DNA of 64,000 nucleotides, taken from positions 1,888,001 through 1,952,000 of the forward strand of contig OZ242318.1 of NCBI GenBank assembly GCA_965208105.1, written 5' to 3'. The notes below the pieces were generated by a model. It saw only the letters and a program-made list of their open reading frames with translations, did not search any database and had not been told where the DNA came from. The DNA comes from Candidatus Latescibacterota bacterium (lineage in GTDB: Bacteria; Latescibacterota; UBA2968; UBA8231). Each line of letters opens with the position of its first letter. Within the stretch, counting starts at the first letter, position 1. This document shows positions 47,911-56,956 of the stretch, piece after piece. Both the position numbers and the translations under genes were made by a program.

Positions 47911-49908
47911 ATGCAAGACCTCGAAACAGCAAGGACACGCGAAATGGATGCCCGCCCCGGCCAGGCCGATCGCGCCGGGAACGGGCGCTGGATCACCTGG
48001 CGCGCGGTCCTGCTGTCGCTGCTCTCCATAGCGGTGATGTTCGTCTACGTCATCCAGGTCTCCGAGCGCCAGCGCTCCGGTTCCTTCACGCACTCCCAGT
48101 ACCCGCTCACCGCCTTCATCCCCTTCGTCACCTGGCTCGTGCTCAACGTGGTGCTCAAGCGCGCCTGTCCGCGGTTCGCCCTGAGCCGGGGCGAGCTGCT
48201 CACCATCTTCTCCATGACCTGGGTGGCGGGGATCATCCCCTCGTGGATCAAGAGCTGGGCGACCCTCCTGACCTCGCCGACGGTCTTCGCCGCGCCCGAG
48301 AACCAGTGGGAGACCATCTTCGACTTCCTGCCCTGGCACGTCTTCGCCCCTCCCACGCACCAGGTGGTGGTCAACTTCTGGTACGGCCTGCCCCCGGGCA
48401 TGGGAATCCCATGGGAGGCATGGATAGGGACCGTGCTGCAGTGGCTGGGGGTATCCATCGCCCTGGTGGTGTTCGGGTTCTGCCTCTTCCTGGTCTTCCA
48501 GCGCCAGTGGGAACAGCACGAGAAGCTCACCTTCCCCCTGGCCCAGCTCTCCCTCGATCTGACCCAGGGATTCGACGGGCGCAGGCGCATGCCCGATCTC
48601 TTCTGCTCCAAACTGTTCTGGATCGGCGCCGGCCTCGTCCTCGTTCCCATGTGCTACCGCATCACCACCTACTTCTATCCCACCCTGCCCGAGCTCAACA
48701 TCCTGTGGGAGCACTACTACGTCAGGCTGGGGGACGGAGGCCTGTTCATCCGCGTCATGCCCGTGGTCATGGCGGTGGTCTACCTGTGCCCGCTGGACGT
48801 CATGGGGAGCATCGCCCTCTTCCACGTGCTCGCCGAGGTCAAGTACGCCTTCATGCGCCGCTTCGGCACCCCCGACTTCGGCTTTTCCGGGGACACCGTC
48901 AATCCCGTCTTTCCGGAACGGTTCCAGATCCTGCAGTGCGAGAGCTATGGAGCGCTGATATTCATCGCCGCGTGGACGATCTGGCTGGCGCGCCGCCATC
49001 TGCGGGAGGTGTGGCGCAAGGTGAGGACCAGCGAGGGCGATCCCATGGACGTGTTCCGCTACCGCCTGGCCCTGGCCGGCATGGGACTGTCGGCGGCCTA
49101 CGTGATCGTCTGGGCCGTCGCCATGGGGGTGCACCCGCTGGCGGCCGCCCTCTCCTTCGGGCTGATGACCCTGACCTACCTGGTCACCGTCAAGATCGTC
49201 GCCGCCACCGGCTTCGCCTACATCCTGCCCAACCGCCCCCACCTCAAGGGGGAGTTCTTCGTCGTCGAGATGATCGGCTCGGCCTACATGTCGGCGCGCA
49301 ACCTGGTCTCCTACAAGATCTTCACCAGCTACGCCTTCTTCGGCCACATCCTCATTCCGGCGTGGCCCGCCCTGCCCCACCACCTGCGCATCTTCTCCTT
49401 CAGGAAGCAGCCGGGCTGGGTGGTGGCCACCGTGCTGATCGCCTTCGTCTTCGGCTTCCTGGTCGCGTTCTGGGCCTTCCTGGACCTGTGCTACGCTGAG
49501 GGGGCGCTGGTGATCTCGGACAACAGGATACCCCGCTTTCTCGACACCGCGGTCAACCTGATCAACCACCCCATCGCCTTCCACTGGGAGAAGTGGATGC
49601 TGTGGTTCATCGGGTTCTTCGAGGCGGCCGCCCTGGCCGTTCTGCGCACCCGCTTCCACTGGTTCCCCATCCATCCAATCGGCCTGGCGTTTCAGATGAC
49701 CATCGGCACCTGGGTCTACTGGTCGACCCTGGGGATGGTGTGGATAGTCAAGTTCACCCTGCTGCGCCTGGGCGGGGTCAAGTCGTACGTGGCCGGCAAG
49801 CCCTTCTTCTACGGCATGGGAATCGGCTACATGATCGGGGTGATCCTCGGCACCGTGGTGGACCTCATCTGGTTTCCCGGGGCCGGGCACCGCATACACT
49901 GGTGGTAG
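47911..49908 (+). CDS. Polytopic membrane protein, DUF6785/DUF6784-like putative transporter
   Basis: About 15 TM segments; family motifs LSRGELL, W.AWI, RQWEQHEKLTFPLAQL, RFHWFPIHPIG and PFFYGM..G. Confidence 0.75.
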   Translation: MQDLETARTREMDARPGQADRAGNGRWITWRAVLLSLLSIAVMFVYVIQVSERQRSGSFTHSQYPLTAFIPFVTWLVLNVVLKRACPRFALSRGELLTIFSMTWVAGIIPSWIKSWATLLTSPTVFAAPENQWETIFDFLPWHVFAPPTHQVVVNFWYGLPPGMGIPWEAWIGTVLQWLGVSIALVVFGFCLFLVFQRQWEQHEKLTFPLAQLSLDLTQGFDGRRRMPDLFCSKLFWIGAGLVLVPMCYRITTYFYPTLPELNILWEHYYVRLGDGGLFIRVMPVVMAVVYLCPLDVMGSIALFHVLAEVKYAFMRRFGTPDFGFSGDTVNPVFPERFQILQCESYGALIFIAAWTIWLARRHLREVWRKVRTSEGDPMDVFRYRLALAGMGLSAAYVIVWAVAMGVHPLAAALSFGLMTLTYLVTVKIVAATGFAYILPNRPHLKGEFFVVEMIGSAYMSARNLVSYKIFTSYAFFGHILIPAWPALPHHLRIFSFRKQPGWVVATVLIAFVFGFLVAFWAFLDLCYAEGALVISDNRIPRFLDTAVNLINHPIAFHWEKWMLWFIGFFEAAALAVLRTRFHWFPIHPIGLAFQMTIGTWVYWSTLGMVWIVKFTLLRLGGVKSYVAGKPFFYGMGIGYMIGVILGTVVDLIWFPGAGHRIHWW

Positions 49909-50017
49909 GGGGATTGGGCAGGGGGGAAGTTTTGCGGATCAGGGCGGGTTAATTCCTGGGATCAATTCGAACGCCGTGTGGCGGCGGGGTAGGTCAGGAA
50001 ACCCCTGATTAAACTCC

Positions 50018-51109
50018 TCAGGTGAGCTTGCCGCGCCCCAACAGGGGCCAGACCTTCTCGACCTTGCCGTTGCGCAGGCCGATGAATTGGTTGTGGAGGA
50101 AGTTGGTGGAGTCGCTGTAGCCCACGTTGAACTCGATGCGGTCTCCCAGCCGGGGGGCCTCGTGGCCGGGCTTGACCTTGAGGATGCCGTGCTCGGCGGA
50201 GAGGCCGCGCAGCTCCAGCTCGTCGTGGCCGATGGGCCGGGGCGGAGGCTCCTTGCACATGGTCTTGAAACCGCCGTCCACGACGATGTGTCCGGGGTGC
50301 CTGCTGACCACGGTGGTCACCACGGTCAGGGCAAGCTGGAGGTCCTCGATCATGCACTCCTCGCGATAGAACAGGTCCATGAAGATGCCGCCTCCGGCCT
50401 GCAGCTCGGTGATGCCGGGATAGGCGACGGTGATGGGATAGCATCCCGTTCCCCCGGCGCTCACCACGTCAACCGGAATCCCGTCGGCGGCGAGCAATTC
50501 GCTGGTCTCCACCAGGAGAGCGAGGGCCTGGTGGCACGCCCGCCTCTTCACCTCGAGCGGTTTGATGTCCAGCACCTGGCCCTCGTATCCCATGATCCCG
50601 GCCAGCTCAATCCCATCGCTGTCGCGGATCTTGCGGGCCAATGCCAGCGCCGGCAGGCCGGGCGCGACCCCGGTGCGGTCCATGCCGTTGTCGAGCTCGA
50701 TGTAGACCGGGATGGTGCTGCCCTCGGCGAGGGCCGCCCGGGAGATCAGGTCGACCGCCTCCACGTCGTCGACCGCGCACATCACGTGGGCACGGCGCTG
50801 CAGCGCGGCCAGCCGGCGCAGCTTCGCCGGCGAGACGATTTCGTTGGCGACGAGAATGTCGGGGATGCCGTGCTCGACCATCACCTCTGCCTCGCTGAGC
50901 TTGGCGCAAATGATCCCCTGGGCCCCGGCCGCCAGTTGCATCTGAGCGATTTCGGGACTTTTGTGCGCCTTGGAGTGCGGCCTCCAGGCCACCCCGTTCT
51001 CGGCGCAGACCCCTGCGAGGTGGGCGATGTTGGCCTCGAAGCGGTCCAGGTCCACCAGCAGAGCGGGAGTGTCGAGCTCGTCCTTGTCGATTCCGATGAG
51101 ATCAGTCAT
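50018..51109 (-). CDS. DSD1/D-threonine aldolase-family PLP enzyme (fold type III)
   Basis: LDTPALLVD, RPHSKAHK, RTGV, MGYEG, SAGGT, TELQAG and LSAEHG. Confidence 0.9.
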   Translation of the reverse strand: MTDLIGIDKDELDTPALLVDLDRFEANIAHLAGVCAENGVAWRPHSKAHKSPEIAQMQLAAGAQGIICAKLSEAEVMVEHGIPDILVANEIVSPAKLRRLAALQRRAHVMCAVDDVEAVDLISRAALAEGSTIPVYIELDNGMDRTGVAPGLPALALARKIRDSDGIELAGIMGYEGQVLDIKPLEVKRRACHQALALLVETSELLAADGIPVDVVSAGGTGCYPITVAYPGITELQAGGGIFMDLFYREECMIEDLQLALTVVTTVVSRHPGHIVVDGGFKTMCKEPPPRPIGHDELELRGLSAEHGILKVKPGHEAPRLGDRIEFNVGYSDSTNFLHNQFIGLRNGKVEKVWPLLGRGKLT

Positions 51110-51395
51110 GGAGGGAGATTCGTTCCTGTTGAAGTTTGGTACGTTCGCGGCGCAAAATAGCAATTCTAGTCGGAAGAAGCTAAACAGCGGGGGTTCGAAA
51201 GCGCAAATAATGGACCCGGGGAAGGGAGGTCAAGAAGCTGCCTTTTTTCATACATTGGATACATTGGAACATGAGGATGGTCCTCGCCCGTTCGGATGGG
51301 AACCAATATCTTTCGGCAATCCAGGCCGAGCTCCCGCCACCCGGTTTCGATCCCTGAAGTCTTATATAATTGAACTAGCGCGAAAGGATTAGACT

Positions 51396-51872
51396 GTGCA
51401 GAAAATCGTCACGAACCTGTGGTTTGACGGGCAGGTGGAGGAAGCGCTCGAGCTGTACACATCGCTCTTTGCCGATTCGCGCGTCAAGCGGATCTTGCGT
51501 TACGTCGAAGGGGGCATGGGAAAGCCCGGCGACATCATGACGGCCGAGTTCGAGATGGCGGGGCAGGAATTCTGCATCATCAACGGGGGACCCCACTTCA
51601 AGCACAGCCCGGCGATGTCCCTCCTGGTCAACTGCGCCGATCAATCCGAAGTGGACCGGCTCTGGGAGCGGTTGACGGCCGACGGCGGTGCGGAGAGCCA
51701 GTGCGGCTGGCTGACCGACCGCTTTGGCATCTCCTGGCAAATAACCCCGGTCGCACTGAGCGAGATGATGAACAGTAGCGATGCAGCAGCGGTCGAGCGC
51801 GTCACCGCGGCCTTTCAGGAGATGAAGAAGCTGGATGTCGCCGCCTTGGAAAGAGCCTTTCGCAACGAGTAG
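51396..51872 (+). CDS. VOC/PhnB-like protein (3-demethylubiquinone-9 3-methyltransferase-like family)
   Basis: QKIVTNLWF, NGGP, SQCGWLTDRFGISWQI and MKKLD. Confidence 0.92.
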   Translation: MQKIVTNLWFDGQVEEALELYTSLFADSRVKRILRYVEGGMGKPGDIMTAEFEMAGQEFCIINGGPHFKHSPAMSLLVNCADQSEVDRLWERLTADGGAESQCGWLTDRFGISWQITPVALSEMMNSSDAAAVERVTAAFQEMKKLDVAALERAFRNE

Positions 51873-51944
51873 TCAAGGCGACGCGGCAACCTCCCACCTG
51901 CGCAATGCGCACGCCTCGCATCTAGTTCCGAAAAGGACGGAAGA

Positions 51945-53066
51945 ATGTACAAAGCGGCATCCATGAAACGTGTGTTGATCTACCTTCTCGGTGCAGTGAT
52001 TGTCGCTGCCGCTATTTTCGTCTACCTGTTTTTTCGCCCCGATATTGCAGCCCGGGTATTTTTTGGAGCGGCTCCCTCACCAGTAGAATTGAATCTCAAG
52101 CACGCTCACGACGTGCCTGTAGCAGACGCGAAGACCGTGGCCATCGTAGCGGCTGCGAATCTCTTCCTGGACTCACTGGACGACGATCAGAGACAAGCGG
52201 CGACATATCGGTTTACCGATAACGCACAGCGTTCAAACTGGTCCAACTTCCCCGAGGGCATGGTTCCGCGTGGTGGCGTAAAGCTCGGTATTCTCTCTGA
52301 ATCACAGCGGGCGAATCTCGACAAGCTCCTCGGGGAACTCCTGAGTGAAGCCGGCGTGAAAAACATCACTTATCAACTGGCCGCAGAGGACATGCTGATC
52401 TCGGGGGACATGTCCGGCGTTATGAAATACGGCAGTAAGTACTATTACGCTGGATTTCTCGGGGAACCGTCAACTACAGAGCCCTGGATGTTTCAGTTCG
52501 GCGGGCACCATCTCGCAATAAACGCCACGGTATTCGGACCGAACGTTTCCTTTTCGCCGATGCTGACAGGCGGCCAACCGCTGCACTTTCGCCTTGACGG
52601 TAATGACATCTTCATTACACAGAGGGAAACTGCGGCGGCGCAAGCGTTCATGGACAGCCTCACGGACGAACAGCGAGAACAAGCCGTTCGTGCCGAGCAG
52701 CCCATCGACCTCTTGCTGGGGCCGGGGAAGTATGGCGCAACCGTTGCGCCGGAAGGCATCAAGGGAAGCGAACTTACAGCTATTCAGAAAACGCTGCTCC
52801 TGGATGTGATCAAGGCCCGCTTGGGTTTCATGAACAATGACGACTATGTCGAAAAAATGAAGACCGTGGTGGCCGAGATCGATGACACATACTTTGGATG
52901 GTGGGGGCGGCAGGGTGTCTTGGGCGCTGCGTATTTCCGCGTGACCAGCCCGTCCCTGGTGCTCGAATACGCCGTTCAAAACGGCGAAGGCAGGGTAGAT
53001 CATGCCCACAGCATGTATCGTGAGCTTGACAACGACTACGGTTCCGCGTGGATCAGGGCCGAATGA
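51945..53066 (+). CDS. DUF3500-family exported protein
   Basis: N-terminal TM, WSNFP, QFGGHHLA.N and HAHS; internal duplication FxDSLxDxQRxxA. Confidence 0.8.
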   Translation: MYKAASMKRVLIYLLGAVIVAAAIFVYLFFRPDIAARVFFGAAPSPVELNLKHAHDVPVADAKTVAIVAAANLFLDSLDDDQRQAATYRFTDNAQRSNWSNFPEGMVPRGGVKLGILSESQRANLDKLLGELLSEAGVKNITYQLAAEDMLISGDMSGVMKYGSKYYYAGFLGEPSTTEPWMFQFGGHHLAINATVFGPNVSFSPMLTGGQPLHFRLDGNDIFITQRETAAAQAFMDSLTDEQREQAVRAEQPIDLLLGPGKYGATVAPEGIKGSELTAIQKTLLLDVIKARLGFMNNDDYVEKMKTVVAEIDDTYFGWWGRQGVLGAAYFRVTSPSLVLEYAVQNGEGRVDHAHSMYRELDNDYGSAWIRAE

Positions 53067-53261
53067 ATCATCGATGCGTCGGGTGGTGACCCTCCTCACC
53101 TCCGTGTCGTCCGCCAGGACAGGGACCCACCGTAGCCATTGCTGGTTGGAGTTGCGATGAACCCTGGTTTGATGCCTGCATCAGACGGTCCGAGAAGTGC
53201 CCGAAGAAGATGGCCGGCCCTCGGCCAACCCGCCTTGGCCTGGTGCCCAATAGGTGTCTTT
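53067..53261 (-). mobile_element. Orphan structured non-coding element, possible IS110-family left-end remnant
   Basis: Several stems, SD-like GGAGG/AGGAGG followed by a stub reading VTTRRI, and an 11-bp direct repeat at the boundary; the family call is from memory of IS110 architecture. Confidence 0.4.
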
Positions 53262-53267
53262 CCAATA

Positions 53268-53291
53268 GGTGTATTACTGTATTAATACACC
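53268..53291. promoter_or_regulatory. Palindromic operator, YtrA/GntR-like
   Basis: Perfect inverted repeat GGTGTATTA-CTGTAT-TAATACACC 7 nt before ATG 53299. Confidence 0.55.
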
Positions 53292-53298
53292 GAAGGTC

Positions 53299-53940
53299 AT
53301 GACCAAACCACACCCTAACCTGATCCTCATCGGGGGATCATCTCACGTCGGCAAATCGGCAGTGTCCAAGGCCCTCGCAGCCACCTTGGGCTGGGACCAT
53401 GTCTCCACCGACTCTCTGGCGCGTCACCCCGGCCGGCCGTGGAAGCTGGCGCCGGAGAAGGTGCCGGATCACGTGGCGCGGCACTACCTCAGCCTGTCAG
53501 TCGACGAGCTTGTCGAGGATGTGCTCCATCACTACAGGGTCAATGTCTGGCCGCAGGTTGAGAAGATCATCGCTTCCCGCTCGAACGATACCTCCACAAC
53601 CGGAATTGTCCTGGAAGGATCGGCTCTGTGGCCTGAGTTGGCGACAAGCCTGGATTTTGACAAGGTGGCAGCAGTGTGGCTTACAGCCAAAGAGGAGATC
53701 TTTCGGCAGAGAATCCTCGCAGGAAGCCTGTACAGCTCGAAGTCTCCTCGGGAACGGAATTTGATCGACAAATTTCTCCGACGCACTCTCGCCTACAACG
53801 CACGGATGATAGACGCCGTGAGCCGGCACGGCTTCATCCTCGTTGGTGTCCTGCAATCCGACGTGGCGGGGCTTGCCGACAGGTGCCTGTCGGCACTCGG
53901 AATTGACAACCGTACCGGTACGCGATACATTGACCCATGA
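53299..53940 (+). CDS. P-loop kinase (2-phosphoglycerate kinase-like)
   Basis: [13 protein letters not shown] Walker A, STD and IVLEG. Confidence 0.8.
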   Translation: MTKPHPNLILIGGSSHVGKSAVSKALAATLGWDHVSTDSLARHPGRPWKLAPEKVPDHVARHYLSLSVDELVEDVLHHYRVNVWPQVEKIIASRSNDTSTTGIVLEGSALWPELATSLDFDKVAAVWLTAKEEIFRQRILAGSLYSSKSPRERNLIDKFLRRTLAYNARMIDAVSRHGFILVGVLQSDVAGLADRCLSALGIDNRTGTRYIDP

Positions 53941-53989
53941 TTCGGGCGTTGCGGCACCGGGTCTTGAACGGTTGTACGAACAAGGTTGA
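53937..53989 (+). pseudogene. higB: HigB (RelE-like) toxin N-terminal stub, frameshifted and deleted
   Basis: Restoring one G gives [17 protein letters not shown], matching the HigB start MIxSFRHKGLxxLY; lies directly before higA. Confidence 0.75.
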
Positions 53990-53999
53990 GGCAGAAACC

Positions 54000-54119
54000 A
54001 TGGCCATGAAAAATCCCCCGCATCCTGGGCCTAGCATCAGGGAAAATTGCCTGGTCGCGCTGGGGCTGAGCGTCACCGAAGCCGCCAAGGTGCTGGGTGT
54101 AGTCCGCCGCAGCCTGTCG
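54000..54119 (+). pseudogene. higA: HigA antitoxin, truncated within the HTH
   Basis: [38 protein letters not shown], after which similarity is abruptly lost. Confidence 0.8.
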
Positions 54120-54291
54120 CCATCAGAAGGCAGGGTGGAGGTCTCTTCTGCCTTGCTCCGCATGGCGTCTCTCTTCGGCTTTGCATTTGGCGTAGCCGCG
54201 CATGGCTTGGCCCCGGAAGGGAGAAGTGTGCCCATGCGTTTCGAGGAGTCGAATCCTTAATTTGCCGTAGCTGAATTTTTTACAATAAGTT

Positions 54292-54328
54292 AGGCCGTGA
54301 GGATGCTTCTCGCGGCCTTTTTGTTTTT
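54292..54328 (+). terminator. Terminator-like hairpin 1 in the ABC-F leader
   Basis: AGGCCGTGAG-GATGCTT-CTCGCGGCCT plus TTTTGTTTTT. Confidence 0.7.
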
Positions 54329-54336
54329 CGGCTTTG

Positions 54337-54376
54337 AAACCGTGGGTATTCCGTCTGAATACTCGCGGTTTTTTTT
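54337..54376 (+). terminator. Terminator-like hairpin 2 in the ABC-F leader
   Basis: AAACCGTGGGTATT-CCGTCTG-AATACTCGCGGTTT plus T-run, ending 20 nt before the ATG. Confidence 0.7.
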
Positions 54377-54396
54377 GTAATAAGGATGTGGTGACC

Positions 54397-56268
54397 ATGA
54401 CGATTCTGGAAGTGAACAATCTGACGAAGGCCTTTGGGGCCGATACGATCCTGGAGGGCGTTTCCTTCAAAATCAACCAGGGAGAGAGGGTGGGGTTGAT
54501 CGGGGAGAACGGCTCGGGAAAGTCCACCCTTTTGAAGATGATCGCCGGGATCGAGGAGGTTACCGGGGGTACGATCACAAAGCCGAAGGGCCTGAGAGTC
54601 GGTTACCTCGCCCAGCACCTGAACTACCGCGAAGGGAATACGGTTTACGAGGAGGTCCTGGAAGTCTTCGGCGCTGTCAGAAAGCTGAGAGCGGAACTCG
54701 AGGATCTCGAAGCCGAGATGGGCCGTTCCGAAATCGCCTCAGATGAGGACCGTCTTCAGAAGACCATGGCACGCTACGGCCGCCACGTGGAAGCATTCGA
54801 GCGCATGGGAGGATATACCTATGAGCAGCGCATCGAGGCTGCCCTGGAAGGACTGGGGATTTCCGCCATGCGGGACCGGCGGATCGGGTCGCTCAGCGGG
54901 GGAGAGAAGAACGTCGTGGCCCTGGCCCGAATGCTTCTGGAGGAGCCGGATATCCTGCTTCTGGACGAGCCGGGGAATCACCTGGATTTCGAGGGGCTGG
55001 CCTGGCTCGAGGAATTTATCCGGAACTACGGCAAGACCGCGATTCTGGTCTCGCACGACCGCTATTTGCTCGACCGGACCGTGGAGCGCATCGTGGAGCT
55101 GGAGGACCGCAAGGCCGCGGCCTATTCGGGCAACTACTCCACCTACCGGGCCGAGAAGCTGAGGAACCTGATCAAGCAGAAGGCGGCCTACGAGGATCAG
55201 CAGAAGGAGATCCGGCGGATGAAGGAGATGGTCCGGCGGTTCGAGCACTGGGCGCATATTGTGGACAATCCCAGGCACGCCAGACAGGCCCGAAGCAGAC
55301 AGAAGATGCTGGACCGGATGGAAAGGATCGAGCGGCCGGACCTGGACCGGGGGCGCATCGATCCCGGCTTCGGATTCGAGGAGCGCAGCGGCCGGATTAC
55401 ACTGGAGCTCAGGGGATATTCGAAGGCCTTCGGAGACCGGGTGCTGTTTCAGGACGTGGAAATGCTCCTATCCTTCGGCGAACGCGCCGGCCTGCTGGGC
55501 GCCAACGGCAGCGGCAAGACGACCCTGTTCAAGGATATCCTGGAACAGGGCGCCTGGGAAAATCCGGTCTTGCGGATCGGGCCGAGGACGAAGATCGGGT
55601 ATTACGCCCAGGAACACGAGACCCTGAACCCGGAGCGTTCGATCCTGGAGGAGGTGCGCCGTGAGAAGGGCCTGACCAAGGACCAGGCCTTCACGGTGCT
55701 GTCCAAATTTCTCTTTCGCTGGGAGGACATGGACAGGAAGGTGAAGACCCTGAGCGGAGGAGAGAAGAGCCGCGTGCAGCTGGCCAAGCTGATGGTGTCC
55801 GACGCCAATCTCCTGCTCTTGGACGAGCCGACCAATCACCTGGATATCCAGTCGAGGGAGCAGGTGGAGGAGGCGCTGGAGGAATTCGACGGGACTGTCC
55901 TGGTCATCTCTCACGACCGCTACTTTCTCGACCGCATCGTGGACCGCATCGTGGAAGTCAGAAATCCCGGCCTCGTGTGCCATGCGGGAAATTTCTCGGA
56001 CTTCTGGGAGAAGAAGAGTTCTGAACAGAGGCGCGCCGCTCCGGCGAAGAAGAAGCCGACCGCTGCCAGGAAGGAGACTGTGCAGCCGCCTTCGGACGAT
56101 TCGGCGGAAATCGAGGAGAAGATCGAGAAGATGGAGGAGGAGAAGCTCAGGCTGGAACGGGCCCTGGCCGAGGCGTATCGGAATCGAGATTACAAGGAAG
56201 GGGAGAAGCTCAGCCGGCAGCTGCGCATGCTGGAGGACCGGTTGGAGGAACTATTTGATTTGTTGTAA
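54397..56268 (+). CDS. ABC-F family ribosome-associated ATPase
   Basis: Two ABC domains (GENGSGKS/LSGGE/LLLDEPGNHLD and GANGSGKT/LSGGE/LLLDEPTNHLD), arm insert, helical linker, C-terminal coiled coil, no TM. Confidence 0.95.
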   Translation: MTILEVNNLTKAFGADTILEGVSFKINQGERVGLIGENGSGKSTLLKMIAGIEEVTGGTITKPKGLRVGYLAQHLNYREGNTVYEEVLEVFGAVRKLRAELEDLEAEMGRSEIASDEDRLQKTMARYGRHVEAFERMGGYTYEQRIEAALEGLGISAMRDRRIGSLSGGEKNVVALARMLLEEPDILLLDEPGNHLDFEGLAWLEEFIRNYGKTAILVSHDRYLLDRTVERIVELEDRKAAAYSGNYSTYRAEKLRNLIKQKAAYEDQQKEIRRMKEMVRRFEHWAHIVDNPRHARQARSRQKMLDRMERIERPDLDRGRIDPGFGFEERSGRITLELRGYSKAFGDRVLFQDVEMLLSFGERAGLLGANGSGKTTLFKDILEQGAWENPVLRIGPRTKIGYYAQEHETLNPERSILEEVRREKGLTKDQAFTVLSKFLFRWEDMDRKVKTLSGGEKSRVQLAKLMVSDANLLLLDEPTNHLDIQSREQVEEALEEFDGTVLVISHDRYFLDRIVDRIVEVRNPGLVCHAGNFSDFWEKKSSEQRRAAPAKKKPTAARKETVQPPSDDSAEIEEKIEKMEEEKLRLERALAEAYRNRDYKEGEKLSRQLRMLEDRLEELFDLL

Positions 56269-56621
56269 ATTCTGCTCCGGACCTACTGCATTTTGAGGAA
56301 AGTTGACCATGTCCGTACCCCAACCGCGGGGGGGCCAGCAAGGCCGGGGGCAGCATGGAGATCGCCGATGCGGTGGAGGCACCGCGACATTCGGGATTCC
56401 ATCGCCACCACCAACGCCACCTACACCCCTGGCACCTCTCCATCACCTTGACCGGGTGCCCGAATCGTGCCTCATTTTATCTTATATCTCATTTTCCAGA
56501 TTTCCAGGAACTGGCGGGAATGGCCTGTGAGCCCATCATGACCGCCATTACCAGGGCAGAAATTGATAGTCGTCGGTAGTCGTCCGATAACTGCTGGACC
56601 TTAAATTCAGACGAGGTAGCC

Positions 56622-56825
56622 ATGAAACTGAAAGTTGTGATTCATCAAGCGGAAGAAGGAGGATATTGGGCGGAAGTACCCTCCATCCCTGGATGTGCAA
56701 CGCAAGGGGAATCCTTCGAAGAGTTGCTGACTAACCTCTACGAGGCCGTTGAAGGATGCCTTTCCGTAGAAGTCCATGACGTCTATGTCTCCGAGAAGGA
56801 CAAAGTGATCGAAATCGCAGTATGA
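56622..56825 (+). CDS. hicB: HicB-family antitoxin (short form)
   Basis: [37 protein letters not shown]; GAGG SD. Confidence 0.9.
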   Translation: MKLKVVIHQAEEGGYWAEVPSIPGCATQGESFEELLTNLYEAVEGCLSVEVHDVYVSEKDKVIEIAV

Positions 56826-56845
56826 AAGCTATCAGCGGCAAGGAG
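56822..56845 (+). pseudogene. hicA: HicA toxin N-terminal stub
   Basis: ATGA overlap with the hicB stop; MKAISGKE matches the HicA start; the downstream G-S-H motif is absent. Confidence 0.6.
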
Positions 56846-56956
56846 TACCGATTTTTTTGGGCCGGGAGACCTGAATCAATGGCCCAACTAAAATCGAACT
56901 ATACCAAGGGCGGCCAGACGAGGAATGCACCGTAGCCATCGCTGATAGGTGCGGCA

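Noticed and set aside
54289-54295. GTTAGGC as an integron attC core site
   Set aside because: No matching inverse core (RYYYAAC) at a suitable distance and no integrase; the sequence is part of a terminator stem
56303-56579. His-rich 74-aa ORF and overlapping short ORFs
   Set aside because: No recognisable motif or SD; more likely a decayed gene fragment
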